A stretch of DNA of 64,000 nucleotides from positions 62-64,061 of the IMG/VR virus record IMGVR_UViG_3300018495_000013; one strand, 5' to 3'. Positions 35,602-45,235 of this stretch are shown piece by piece. The stretch's first letter is position 1. Each line of letters begins with the position of its first letter. The notes under the pieces are model-generated. The model saw only the letters and a list, made by a program, of their open reading frames with translations, had not been told where the DNA came from and made no database searches. The position numbers and the translations under genes were made by a program. This DNA comes from a virus. Its lineage: Duplodnaviria; Caudoviricetes.

Positions 35602-36207
35602 TTACTCAATCTCCGATATTGGTTTTATTGCACCATATATGCTTGGCGTGTCAGAATAGTGTATTTTGTACAATTCAAGCAAACTATCATTGACATAAAC
35701 ATAACCGTTGCCGCTTGTTATGGGGCTATTATGCAAGAAACCATATAGCCCAGCAATAAGATACTCGCTACGGATAATTAGCGTTTCTAGTGCCTTTAAA
35801 TCCGCTCCTACAATTCCATTACCATAACTGCTAGATAGACTGTTTACATCAATGTGTTTAATCTTGTCGTAGCCTAATTTCTCATTGTACGAATCTACAT
35901 ACAAATCAACGCAAGGAGCAACAAGTTTTTCTAAATTTGGCAATGGCATATTGCTAGTTTTAAGGCTTGGTTTAATTGAACCATTGCATACTATTTTCAA
36001 TTTCTTAATATCTAACTCGCTGTTCATCTTATCAAGATTTATATTGCTATCACTACAATATATGATTGCATCATACTCTAATATGCCTAAATCTTTCTCT
36101 TGCAAGCGTTTGGCTTCGAGTTCGATGTTTTCTTTGGTAATAGGAAGTCCTTGTAGTGCAAGGTTTGCAGGAGCTATAAATTGATAATATTTTAATGTTT
36201 TTTGCAT
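35602..36207 (-). CDS. LRR-cap-like tail-associated protein
   Basis: C-terminal YVYVNDSLLELYK...IKPISE resembles a BspA LRR cap. Confidence 0.5.
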   Translation of the reverse strand: MQKTLKYYQFIAPANLALQGLPITKENIELEAKRLQEKDLGILEYDAIIYCSDSNINLDKMNSELDIKKLKIVCNGSIKPSLKTSNMPLPNLEKLVAPCVDLYVDSYNEKLGYDKIKHIDVNSLSSSYGNGIVGADLKALETLIIRSEYLIAGLYGFLHNSPITSGNGYVYVNDSLLELYKIHYSDTPSIYGAIKPISEIE

Positions 36208-36217
36208 AGTATCCCCC

Positions 36218-37909
36218 CTATTGTGCTACATATTCACTCAATGGTTTTATAAGTCCAACAACTGAAGCAAATTTGGTTTCGGACTTGTAGTCATCCACCA
36301 AACTATCAGGAACATATATGTTTTCTATACTAGATGTTGTTTCATCGTTGTTTGATGATGTTACAAACGCTCCAGATTGAATAGAGTGACCACTTGGATA
36401 ATAAGGCGACCTAATAATTATGTTTTTAAGGTTAGTACAAGCCCTAAAACAACCATTATATAGGTCTAAAGCTCCATTGCCCATAAACTCTATTGTGTCA
36501 ACATTTAAATTAGATATAGCCCTTTCTCTTAGTATTGTTGCACTATCTGTTGTATTACTAAAATTACTAGAACCAATTTTTATATGAGTTGTGAGATTGT
36601 TGTTCGATAGGTTATCTCTAACAACATTACCAAATGAAAATACTTGTTCCCAATAAAGAGTGGTATCAGTTATTCCACTACCAGAACCATACCTTAGCAT
36701 ATATACACTATTATTAGAGTAATATCTAGTTGTTTCGCCAATATATCTAACAAAGTAATAATTGGGTCTAGAGCTAAGATTGAATATGGCTTCCATTTCT
36801 TCTGGGGTAGACAACTCTTGTATTCCCATCATTCTACCATATATAATATTTCCGCCATTAACAATTGCTTGTTTGTCAAAAATAATGTCTTTTTCGGTAG
36901 CTGGGTTTTGCAAGCCAGAAGCTTTCACTAATTTTTCAAGCCCTTTATCAGTATATTGGTAAATGGCATAATCGTAGCCTTCCACACCATTAATACGATA
37001 TACACCCATATCCCAATTTTGGCTTAAAAGCTCTTGTACTTCTTCAAGCGTAGTTAGCGTAATTGGGTTTTCTCTACTTCCCGCAAGCAACACACCTTTG
37101 CTATTATAAGCATACTTGTTAATTGCTATATCTTTTTCGGTTGCTTCCGCATCAATGGGAATTGGTGAAAGCTCAATAATAGGATTTGAGTATTTAAACG
37201 TGATTGGGTTGATTACTTCTGTGGTCGCATTACTAAACGAAAGAATCTCTACAAGGTCGCTTGATAGAGAACCATCTGCAATATACATAGGCATACATAT
37301 ATATGATTGACCTTCACTTTCGGTCATCATATTCATATTGCAATAGCCCATAAATATAATCATAATGTTGCCATCTTGATATATAGTTTGTGGACCACCA
37401 TTGTTAGCGTCTACTCCTATCATTGTCATGCCGTTCATATCCAACCAAGTTGAAGCAACACTTTTTACTTCGCCACCATTGATTGTGAATTTAATGTTTA
37501 CTGCTTCGTTTGCTGAAAAAGGCGTGTCTAAAGGAGTGTCGTAAATTTTTAAAAACGCACCCATAGAACTATCAAGTGTGCTTTGGTCGAATAGTGCAAT
37601 ATTTCCACCGTCTTTTTTCACAAGGTAAATTGCACCGCTAGTATATGTGTCGGTACTCTCGCCAACATACTTTGCGTACTTGCCTACATTGGCTTCTACC
37701 TTAAACGCTTCCATTTCTTCAGCGGTAGATATTTCGGTTATTCCACCACCACCGCCACCACTACCAACATTGTCGATAGCAAGCACAAGGTTGTCAAGGT
37801 TCTTGTTTCCGTCTATTTGCACGCCTTTACTTTCTAATTTATCATATATAGAAGTAAGGTTGGCTTTAAGTTTGTCTAATAATTCTTGAGTAGTTGCCAT
37901 ATTACACAC
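36218..37909 (-). CDS. Tail fibre/receptor-binding protein with internal repeats and BspA-type LRR end
   Basis: Three (I.E.ST.EEM) and two (ATEKDI) repeats; CFRACTNLKNIII, IYVPDSLVDDYK. Confidence 0.65.
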   Translation of the reverse strand: MCNMATTQELLDKLKANLTSIYDKLESKGVQIDGNKNLDNLVLAIDNVGSGGGGGGITEISTAEEMEAFKVEANVGKYAKYVGESTDTYTSGAIYLVKKDGGNIALFDQSTLDSSMGAFLKIYDTPLDTPFSANEAVNIKFTINGGEVKSVASTWLDMNGMTMIGVDANNGGPQTIYQDGNIMIIFMGYCNMNMMTESEGQSYICMPMYIADGSLSSDLVEILSFSNATTEVINPITFKYSNPIIELSPIPIDAEATEKDIAINKYAYNSKGVLLAGSRENPITLTTLEEVQELLSQNWDMGVYRINGVEGYDYAIYQYTDKGLEKLVKASGLQNPATEKDIIFDKQAIVNGGNIIYGRMMGIQELSTPEEMEAIFNLSSRPNYYFVRYIGETTRYYSNNSVYMLRYGSGSGITDTTLYWEQVFSFGNVVRDNLSNNNLTTHIKIGSSNFSNTTDSATILRERAISNLNVDTIEFMGNGALDLYNGCFRACTNLKNIIIRSPYYPSGHSIQSGAFVTSSNNDETTSSIENIYVPDSLVDDYKSETKFASVVGLIKPLSEYVAQ

Positions 37910-39092
37910 CTTCTCCTTCTATGATATTAGTTAGTTCGGTATTGATATTGTCTATGTCACTTGCCATTGCGTAAGCGTCTATTTGACTTGCGTAGGTAGA
38001 CCAATCGGTTGCCGTTTTATATGTTTCAAAATATTCAAATGGAACTATAATTTTACCGCTCGTAAAATGACGGCTCCCACTTTCCAATGTTGGCTTTTTA
38101 CCTAAAAACTCAAACACTTTTATCTGCCCACAATCACTAAAGCAAGAACTCCCTATTGATGTTACACTCTTAGGAATTATAACCCTTGATGATATGTAAC
38201 AATTAAAAAATGCACTTGAGCCTAACGTCTTTACAGTATTAGGTATATCTACACCCGATAATTTGCCCGCAAGTCCACCAAACGCAGCAGAGCCTATCTC
38301 CGTTATATTACCATAAAATTTAATTATAAATGGGTTCGATGCGTTTGTTGCCGATGTATATTCGTGACTATAAGTGGTTAAGTTTGTAATATCTTCTAAT
38401 TCGCTACCATCGCCCCAATCAACAAGAATTGCATCTTTTATATTTCTAATAGTAATAGTTTTGTCGGTATTTCTAATAGAAACATAAGCAATTAGGGGTT
38501 CTCCGCTTGGCTCGGTACTGCTTCCACCGTTTTCTCCATTCTTCGCTCTAACATTTACGCTTTCTTCACTTCCGTCAGTTTTCTTGAAAGTAATAGGAGT
38601 AATGGTATAGCCTTCTTCTTCATAACTTTCGCCACTTATGATTTCGCTTATGCCTACGCCGTCAGTGCCATTTTCTCCATCGATACCATCATTGCCTTGT
38701 GCTTTTATTCCAGTATCTACTTCGCCTATAAACCAATTACCATTACCGCCAATATGGGGAGTAATACCATTTTCGCCCTTATCGCCTTTCGCAATAAAGT
38801 CTAGTGATTCCCAATTAAGTCCGTTGTTATACGATACTTCCCACTCAAATGTAGACTTGTTTATTCTTACTTGGGGAGTGATACCATCAGTACCAGCATA
38901 ACCCATTTCGCCTTGTCTACCCCTAGGAGCAATAAAGGTTGAAGTAGTGCCATCGTCATAAGTTTGTAGATAAATATATCCACCGTTTTCGTCTTGACCT
39001 TGCAATACTTGGCTTACAAGTTTAGCACCTGTCGCTCCTTTTTCGCCTTGCTTGCCTTTAATATTACCTATAAATGTTTTATTTACAGCCAT
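37902..39092 (-). CDS. Collagen-like tail protein with BspA-type LRRs
   Basis: G-X-Y runs, ITPHIG.NGNWFIG, IPNTVKTLGSSAF, IPKSVTSIGSSCF. Confidence 0.8.
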   Translation of the reverse strand: MAVNKTFIGNIKGKQGEKGATGAKLVSQVLQGQDENGGYIYLQTYDDGTTSTFIAPRGRQGEMGYAGTDGITPQVRINKSTFEWEVSYNNGLNWESLDFIAKGDKGENGITPHIGGNGNWFIGEVDTGIKAQGNDGIDGENGTDGVGISEIISGESYEEEGYTITPITFKKTDGSEESVNVRAKNGENGGSSTEPSGEPLIAYVSIRNTDKTITIRNIKDAILVDWGDGSELEDITNLTTYSHEYTSATNASNPFIIKFYGNITEIGSAAFGGLAGKLSGVDIPNTVKTLGSSAFFNCYISSRVIIPKSVTSIGSSCFSDCGQIKVFEFLGKKPTLESGSRHFTSGKIIVPFEYFETYKTATDWSTYASQIDAYAMASDIDNINTELTNIIEGEGV

Positions 39093-39105
39093 ATTGTAAT
39101 CTCCG

Positions 39106-39705
39106 TTAATCAGTTTCGGTTAGTATATAAAAATCACCAGTTTCTTCGTCATATTCAAATTTCGCTTGTGTATCTTCTGCATTTGAATAAGCATATAAGT
39201 TTCCTTCTCCGTCTACTTGTAAAGTAAAGAAACCGCCTAGTGGTGTTGTTATGCCGTTCGCTCCGTCCTTGCCATCTATGCCATCTCTGCCGTCAACTCC
39301 GTCTTTTCCCTTTAATGCTCCACTATCTATCTTTTGAATGATTTGTGTGTATACATCGGGAAGTGGGTCTTGCGGTAGTCCTGTACTGCTTAATGCCGAT
39401 TTCTTACAAGGTACGGTTGCATTTGTAGAAGTTCTTAAATCGCCTGCATATACACCTATTTCTACCTTTGTTGCGTTTAGAATAGGTGGTATGCCACAAA
39501 TATTGCCTGCAAATACAACTTCAACGCTCGTGTTTTGGCTTGCGTTTTTGTATGTAAATATAGCCGTCTTTGTGTGGTTATCTTCCCACTCATCGTCAAA
39601 ATCAAAATCAACTACATAGTCTTTGTTTTCGCAGACTATGTAATCGTCATAATTTATGCGCTTGGCTATTTTGTCTTTTACTTCTATTTTTATTGTCTTT
39701 GCCAT
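39106..39705 (-). CDS. BppU-like baseplate upper/tail protein with collagen segment
   Basis: FDFDDEW....KTAIF N-terminus; GKDGVDGRDG. Confidence 0.65.
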   Translation of the reverse strand: MAKTIKIEVKDKIAKRINYDDYIVCENKDYVVDFDFDDEWEDNHTKTAIFTYKNASQNTSVEVVFAGNICGIPPILNATKVEIGVYAGDLRTSTNATVPCKKSALSSTGLPQDPLPDVYTQIIQKIDSGALKGKDGVDGRDGIDGKDGANGITTPLGGFFTLQVDGEGNLYAYSNAEDTQAKFEYDEETGDFYILTETD

Positions 39706-39722
39706 TGCTTCTCCAATCTATG

Positions 39723-41066
39723 TTAATTCTTCAAAGATTGTACTTGTTGCTTTAATTGCTCTATTTGTTCTTGCTGTTCCTTTATCGCTCCAATTAGGAA
39801 TGGTACTAGGTTTGAATACGCAAGTGTTAGTTTATTTTCTACATCGGAAGGCTTTTTAGCAAGGTCGTAAAAGTTGTCATTGACGATATTTGCGTAATTA
39901 TCCGTGCCGTATATATCTACCATTGCTTGTTGGGTTTCTTGTGCAAGTAAACCTATTCTACGGCGTGAGCCTTTCAATGTTCCGTTTGCGTGTGCCTCTT
40001 TGTCATAATTACACATTCCATATTTACGGAAAGTGTCGCTCTTTTTATCTTCCTCTCTTATGTATTCTTCGCGTGGATTTGATACAAAAGTTACAGGCTT
40101 TAATTTTTTGATAAAATCAAGAGATTTATATACCTCTTTTATATCTGCTTTGTCGCGTTCATCGGAAGTAACAGTTAATGCAACATCTGCTCGTAATACA
40201 GATATACCGTATCCTAATTGCATAGTTTGCGTATCAGTTATGCTTGTTCTTGCACCGCGCCCAATCGCCGTAGAACGCAATCCGTCCGCGATTGCTCCAT
40301 CTCCTAATGCAGTTGCTTCGGGGAATTTTTCACTTAACCCCACTCCACCTGCGGTTGCGCCTGCCCCGACTGCCGTACAATCATTGCTCCACGCAAACGC
40401 GCCAGCGCCTACCGCAACAGTACCTGTGCCATAAGCACCGCCACCACCTCCAACAACCGTACAGTTAGTAGCACTACTATGTATCGTGGTGTCATTACCT
40501 AATACAGTTTTAACAGTTGTTGGTGATTTATAATAACCTGTGAGCGCGCCTGTTTCGCCATTGACACTTGATACACCGCTTCCTACTGGCACTACAAATT
40601 GCGTTGTTGTTCCATCATCAAAGGTTTGAAGATACCTATAACTTCCATCGGAATCTTCGCCCACAAATTCTGTTTTAAGTATTTTTGAACCTGTTAGTCC
40701 TCTCTCTCCTTGAAGGTTAGCGGATTTAGTTCCATCTGGAGTTGTTACAGATAAAACAGTTCCTTCCCAAGTAAAAACAGGTGTCGCCCCATTAAATTCG
40801 CCGTTATTAGCCCTTTGCTCAACGCTAGTTGATTTAGTAAGTGCGGTTTGAGCATCTGCTTTTGCTGCGTTTGCCGTTTGCATAGCGGTTTGAGCGTTTG
40901 CCAACGCTGTTTCACTTCTTGATTGTGCAGAACTTGCCTTTTCAGATGCTTGGTTTGAGGTTGACAAAGCGACAGGAGCATCCATAAGTCCTTGTTGGAT
41001 TTGCGCTGCGGATAGTTGTAGCACAACAACTTTTCGCGTTTCATCTCTTATTGGATTATTTGCCAT
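39723..41066 (-). CDS. Tail spike with YadA-head repeats and S74 intramolecular chaperone
   Basis: AVGAGA repeats; TSDERDK autocleavage motif; GLLAQE; C-terminal coiled coil. Confidence 0.85.
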   Translation of the reverse strand: MANNPIRDETRKVVVLQLSAAQIQQGLMDAPVALSTSNQASEKASSAQSRSETALANAQTAMQTANAAKADAQTALTKSTSVEQRANNGEFNGATPVFTWEGTVLSVTTPDGTKSANLQGERGLTGSKILKTEFVGEDSDGSYRYLQTFDDGTTTQFVVPVGSGVSSVNGETGALTGYYKSPTTVKTVLGNDTTIHSSATNCTVVGGGGGAYGTGTVAVGAGAFAWSNDCTAVGAGATAGGVGLSEKFPEATALGDGAIADGLRSTAIGRGARTSITDTQTMQLGYGISVLRADVALTVTSDERDKADIKEVYKSLDFIKKLKPVTFVSNPREEYIREEDKKSDTFRKYGMCNYDKEAHANGTLKGSRRRIGLLAQETQQAMVDIYGTDNYANIVNDNFYDLAKKPSDVENKLTLAYSNLVPFLIGAIKEQQEQIEQLKQQVQSLKN

Positions 41067-41094
41067 TGCCTATCTCCTTGCCTTACTAATATAT

Positions 41095-41123
41095 ATAATA
41101 TACTATGTTTATTTATTTGTCAA
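41095..41123 (-). promoter_or_regulatory. Internal sigma70 promoter before the tail spike
   Basis: TTGACA-N17-TATTAT on the minus strand. Confidence 0.6.
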
Positions 41124-41125
41124 GA

Positions 41126-42646
41126 CTAATTTATTTTATTTGTCAGGTCGCCTGTTGAAGCAAATCTGTTGTTAATAAATCTAACAGTTTTAATTACATT
41201 TGAAAGTTTATACTTTAATTCGTCTTTCAAATAGCCTATTTCTATTGAGCCTTCGTATGGCTTAAAAACTTCATACTCGTGTCTTACAATTCTTAACAAT
41301 GTATTGCTTCCTACTAGATTGTCTATAACCATAGCCATATCTCCAAGACCAAATTCTTCGTGGCTATATTCGGGTAATTGCCTTAAATCTACTGCTTTAC
41401 ATTGGTATGTATATCTTGGCTTGCAAGTTTCAGCCATTTGTTCTAACCCCCAATACAAAAGCATTCTGTGGGATTTATTTATGCTTTCTGCATTTGTTGG
41501 GTCTAAATGTATGTCTGTATTAGTTCTTATTTCGGTACTTTGTATGCGGTATTTAGATTTTTCTTCTTCCGTTTCATAGTACCAATCACTTGCATCTATA
41601 TATTTTACTCCATTTGATTCACCATTTGTTGCTAAACCTAGGTCTAAATCAAAGCCGTTTCCTTTTAAGTAAAGTCTATTAACAATTTTGTTGTTAGTAG
41701 TTCTCTTTACGCTTTCAAGGTTCTTGCCGTATCTTATTTGATAGCCTTTGTATTCTTGCCAAGTTTTTGGGTTTCTAACGCCTATGGTATGGTTTACACT
41801 ATCAAACACAATTATTGCCTTATACATTTTTTCTAGTTGGCGCAATAATGATAATACGCTACACTTTTCCCCATCGGCTTCTAAACTGTATATCAGAGTT
41901 TCAGGTTCTTCGTTTTCCATATAGTCAGCAAAGAAATCGTCAACCTTTACCCTTGCTTCTTCTTGGCTATATTCTTTGTCTGTAATTCTATATCCGTCTA
42001 TATCTGAAAGAATATAACCAGTTGAATCTTGATAAAATCTGCTGATACTACCAGCATCTAAATACCATTTATCATTGTTGCCCCAATCCGCATAAGCAAG
42101 TATTGCATATATAGCGTGTCCTATTGTTCCGACTTCAAATGGGTTTTCTTTTGGAATACGAACATTTGTTCTTGTTGTTTCATTCTCACCAGAATATGGT
42201 AGTATTCTAACAATATGAGTATATGCAGTTACATCTTCTTCCGTATATGTTCCGTTTTGAAACCTGTTGTTTCTTTCCGTTGCTTCAGCCCCTACAAATT
42301 CGTCATAGTTTATCATACTGCAAAAGATATTATTTAGTTTAACAAAACTTTCGTATGCGTTTATTTCATAATAACTTTTTCCGTCTTTGTCGCGTGAAAT
42401 ATCAATGGCATTTTCATTCGTATTTATAATGAACTCTTTGCCATCTACAATAAACTTTGAATCTGGTTCAAGATAATCAATTTTTTCATTAGGTGTAGGA
42501 AGTTTAATGGTTAAAGTGCTTTCTGCTTCAAGCGTAGAATTTATTTTAGCACTAACAACATTGTCGCTTTGGGGAGATAAATAAAAAAGCGGAGTTACAC
42601 CATCGAACTTCGTTACTTTGATATATTCCGCTTTCTTGTATGCCAT
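41126..42646 (-). CDS. Baseplate hub/Tal (prophage tail endopeptidase-like)
   Basis: YGKNLESVKRT..IVNRLY..G; LGDMAMVID; position after Dit. Confidence 0.8.
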   Translation of the reverse strand: MAYKKAEYIKVTKFDGVTPLFYLSPQSDNVVSAKINSTLEAESTLTIKLPTPNEKIDYLEPDSKFIVDGKEFIINTNENAIDISRDKDGKSYYEINAYESFVKLNNIFCSMINYDEFVGAEATERNNRFQNGTYTEEDVTAYTHIVRILPYSGENETTRTNVRIPKENPFEVGTIGHAIYAILAYADWGNNDKWYLDAGSISRFYQDSTGYILSDIDGYRITDKEYSQEEARVKVDDFFADYMENEEPETLIYSLEADGEKCSVLSLLRQLEKMYKAIIVFDSVNHTIGVRNPKTWQEYKGYQIRYGKNLESVKRTTNNKIVNRLYLKGNGFDLDLGLATNGESNGVKYIDASDWYYETEEEKSKYRIQSTEIRTNTDIHLDPTNAESINKSHRMLLYWGLEQMAETCKPRYTYQCKAVDLRQLPEYSHEEFGLGDMAMVIDNLVGSNTLLRIVRHEYEVFKPYEGSIEIGYLKDELKYKLSNVIKTVRFINNRFASTGDLTNKIN

Positions 42647-42658
42647 AATTTATTCTCC

Positions 42659-43624
42659 TTATATGCCATAACCTGTATAAAATACGCCGACACTACCATT
42701 ATTTGTGCCTTCGCTTGAAAATGTTATCTCTATATCTCTTGCGCTATTTGCTTTTATTTTAGTAAATATCTCATTGTTTGTACTAAATAGCGGTAATGCG
42801 TTTACCCTTGTTGCAGGAGTTGTAGTAATCTTTACCGCCGTCATTTTTGTCATATCAATGATTATGCCTTCTCCGTCTGCAAGTTGTTTATTTTCTCCAA
42901 GTTCTATAATAATTGGTTGAACTCCTGTTGTCGCAGATTCTGGGTCTGTAATTCTAATGATAGGATTATACAATGCGCCAGTTATTGATACCATAAAACC
43001 GTTATCTACATTTTGTTGGTTTATTATTGTTATTTTCCTTGTTAGGTCGATTGAAGAATATTCTTCTTCTCTTGATACACTATTCATTTCGTAGCCATAA
43101 GCATCAACGGCTATAAGCGTTATTATAGTTTGAAACCAACCTGCGTATTCCACAAACTCAATATTCTTATAGAGTTTTACATTATAGTAGATTTGGCTAT
43201 CATTTCTTTCGCTAGTAAATCTCTTGGTATCTCCCATTACAAAGAAATCTCGCAAGAACTTTTTTTGCTGTACTATTTCGTTTAGTGTTAAGTTTTTATT
43301 ACTCCACAAATCAATAGTAATAACCCTATTTCCGTATTCTGTTCCAAAATCATATCCACCATTTTTACCACTTATTTCTATAATGTTTTGTTTTAGTTCT
43401 GGTAATAGCGGTATTTTGGTCGTTCTTGGATTATATCTAAAATTATATGTGTTTTCGCCGTTAAAAAATAGTTTATTACCGTCTGATTGTAATCTTATAT
43501 CGACAGGTGGAAGTATTATTTCTTCCAAAAAGTCAGCCTCATCAAAAAGCGAAACAAACTTTATTTCGTTTGAATTCGCTTTTTCATTACTATTATATTT
43601 TGTTGATATATTATATACTGCCAT
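42659..43624 (-). CDS. Distal tail protein (Dit)
   Basis: ISGKNGGYDFGTEYGNRVITI, ERNDSQIYY, F.AVDAYGY. Confidence 0.75.
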   Translation of the reverse strand: MAVYNISTKYNSNEKANSNEIKFVSLFDEADFLEEIILPPVDIRLQSDGNKLFFNGENTYNFRYNPRTTKIPLLPELKQNIIEISGKNGGYDFGTEYGNRVITIDLWSNKNLTLNEIVQQKKFLRDFFVMGDTKRFTSERNDSQIYYNVKLYKNIEFVEYAGWFQTIITLIAVDAYGYEMNSVSREEEYSSIDLTRKITIINQQNVDNGFMVSITGALYNPIIRITDPESATTGVQPIIIELGENKQLADGEGIIIDMTKMTAVKITTTPATRVNALPLFSTNNEIFTKIKANSARDIEITFSSEGTNNGSVGVFYTGYGI

Positions 43625-43625
43625 T

Positions 43626-44633
43626 TTAACTAATACGCTTAAACATATAACAAGTTATGTACGGTTGTAACAAACTAAATGCTTGACCGCCACCTGCATT
43701 TTGGTTAGTAGCAGTTGTTGCGTTTATTTTAGGCTGTGAATAAGTTGTTTGTTGATTATAATGCGTTGTTTCCGAATTATATGTTGTCCAATTATATGAT
43801 TCTGATTGGTTTGTCTTAAATGAATCTGCCACACTTCTATCTGAATATAAATGGTTGTGGCTTTCTTGTGTATGTGTGTGAGGATTTTGTATGTGCGTAT
43901 GTGACGGCATTTGGTCTATAGTTAATGTTACACTCTTGTTGCCACCTTCTTTTCCAGCGGTAGCAAAATCGCTATCGGAAGTATTGACACCGACAGGAAC
44001 TTTGCCTTCTCCCCAAGAAGTCCATTCCCCACCTAAAAATGTTGATGGATTTGTACTATTAGCACTCATATAAATACTACCAACAGGGTAGACCATTTCT
44101 AGTAGTGCCGAAGCAAGTTCTTTATATGCTCCGCCTTTTGCCCTTATCTTTTGCGCATTTTCGGTATTTTTTACTGTGGTTGTACCGTTTTTAATATTGC
44201 GAATTTCAAGGTCTTGAACATTGTCTTTTTGTTCTATATCTTCTATTCTCTTGCTTTTAGTGGTTGCAAAATAACCTGAAACTGTAACTACCGCACTCAC
44301 AGTTTGTTGGCTATTAAATAATATAGCATTATTTTGTACAACTTGATATGTAGTTGAATCTTGCACTTGCCCATCTATGCTTACTGCCAAGTTTGCAACA
44401 TTAAAGAATAGGTTTTCTAATGGTAATTCATAATATCTATTATTATATGTTACTTCATTAGCATAATATGGTTTTGCGACTAGATTTACAGTTTTTTCTT
44501 CTAGTTGCATATTCAATGTTTCTTGCAATGATTGTATAGCACCATACGCAGCGTTCATATCTGCGCTATAAAGAGCCGTATCAGTATCTCTCGGCGATGA
44601 AAATCCTATTTGCCTAAAATCAGTCTTTGCCAT
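43626..44633 (-). CDS. Baseplate/tail protein
   Basis: YPVGSIYMS...P.TFLGGEW..WGEGKVPVG and LQPYITCYMFKR. Confidence 0.75.
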   Translation of the reverse strand: MAKTDFRQIGFSSPRDTDTALYSADMNAAYGAIQSLQETLNMQLEEKTVNLVAKPYYANEVTYNNRYYELPLENLFFNVANLAVSIDGQVQDSTTYQVVQNNAILFNSQQTVSAVVTVSGYFATTKSKRIEDIEQKDNVQDLEIRNIKNGTTTVKNTENAQKIRAKGGAYKELASALLEMVYPVGSIYMSANSTNPSTFLGGEWTSWGEGKVPVGVNTSDSDFATAGKEGGNKSVTLTIDQMPSHTHIQNPHTHTQESHNHLYSDRSVADSFKTNQSESYNWTTYNSETTHYNQQTTYSQPKINATTATNQNAGGGQAFSLLQPYITCYMFKRIS

Positions 44634-44645
44634 ATATATCTCCTA

Positions 44646-45173
44646 CTATTGTATACTTATAGCAATGGTTATGTTTACAATACTGCCTACATTCTTGGTA
44701 AATATCTTATCGCCCAAGTTCCTACAATTTAGCAATGTGTTTTGAGTATTAACATTTCTGACTATGCCAAAACTATTCCATACGCCGTTTGCTTTGTCGC
44801 TATAAAATGTTGTAGAAAACAATAATGCAACATCAAAGGTATCTCCGTTTGAGTTGTATATATAGTTTTCTTTAATTTGCGGATAGGCAGATAAAATAGG
44901 CTGTCTACCTATTTCATTTTCTAGCATTGTTTGAGTTCTAGGTGTGGAAGAAATTGTAGATGAACTTATTGCTATAAAGGTTGTATTTTTATTAAAAGGC
45001 TGGTCGCTTAAACCACCAAGTAGTTCTAGTATCGCTCTTGAGCCATTTTTTGTTAATGCGTTGTTTTCAACCACGAAAGAATTGCTAACGATGTTTTTCT
45101 TATAATCTTGTTCGTTAGCATATTCTTTAATTGTGGTTGCAATTCGCCATTTTGCTTGTTCGTGTCTTGACAT
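44646..45173 (-). CDS. Tail-collar/baseplate-like protein
   Basis: N.LT..G...I, LENEIGR.PI, ANGVWNSFGI. Confidence 0.55.
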   Translation of the reverse strand: MSRHEQAKWRIATTIKEYANEQDYKKNIVSNSFVVENNALTKNGSRAILELLGGLSDQPFNKNTTFIAISSSTISSTPRTQTMLENEIGRQPILSAYPQIKENYIYNSNGDTFDVALLFSTTFYSDKANGVWNSFGIVRNVNTQNTLLNCRNLGDKIFTKNVGSIVNITIAISIQ

Positions 45174-45235
45174 ATTTTTCTCCTATGCTTATTATTATAT
45201 TACAATGTTTTTTGTTTGTCAATATAATAATTATT

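Noticed and set aside
35602-41066. Diversity-generating retroelement acting on the tail fibres
   Set aside because: No reverse transcriptase and no TR/VR pair with A-specific mismatches were seen
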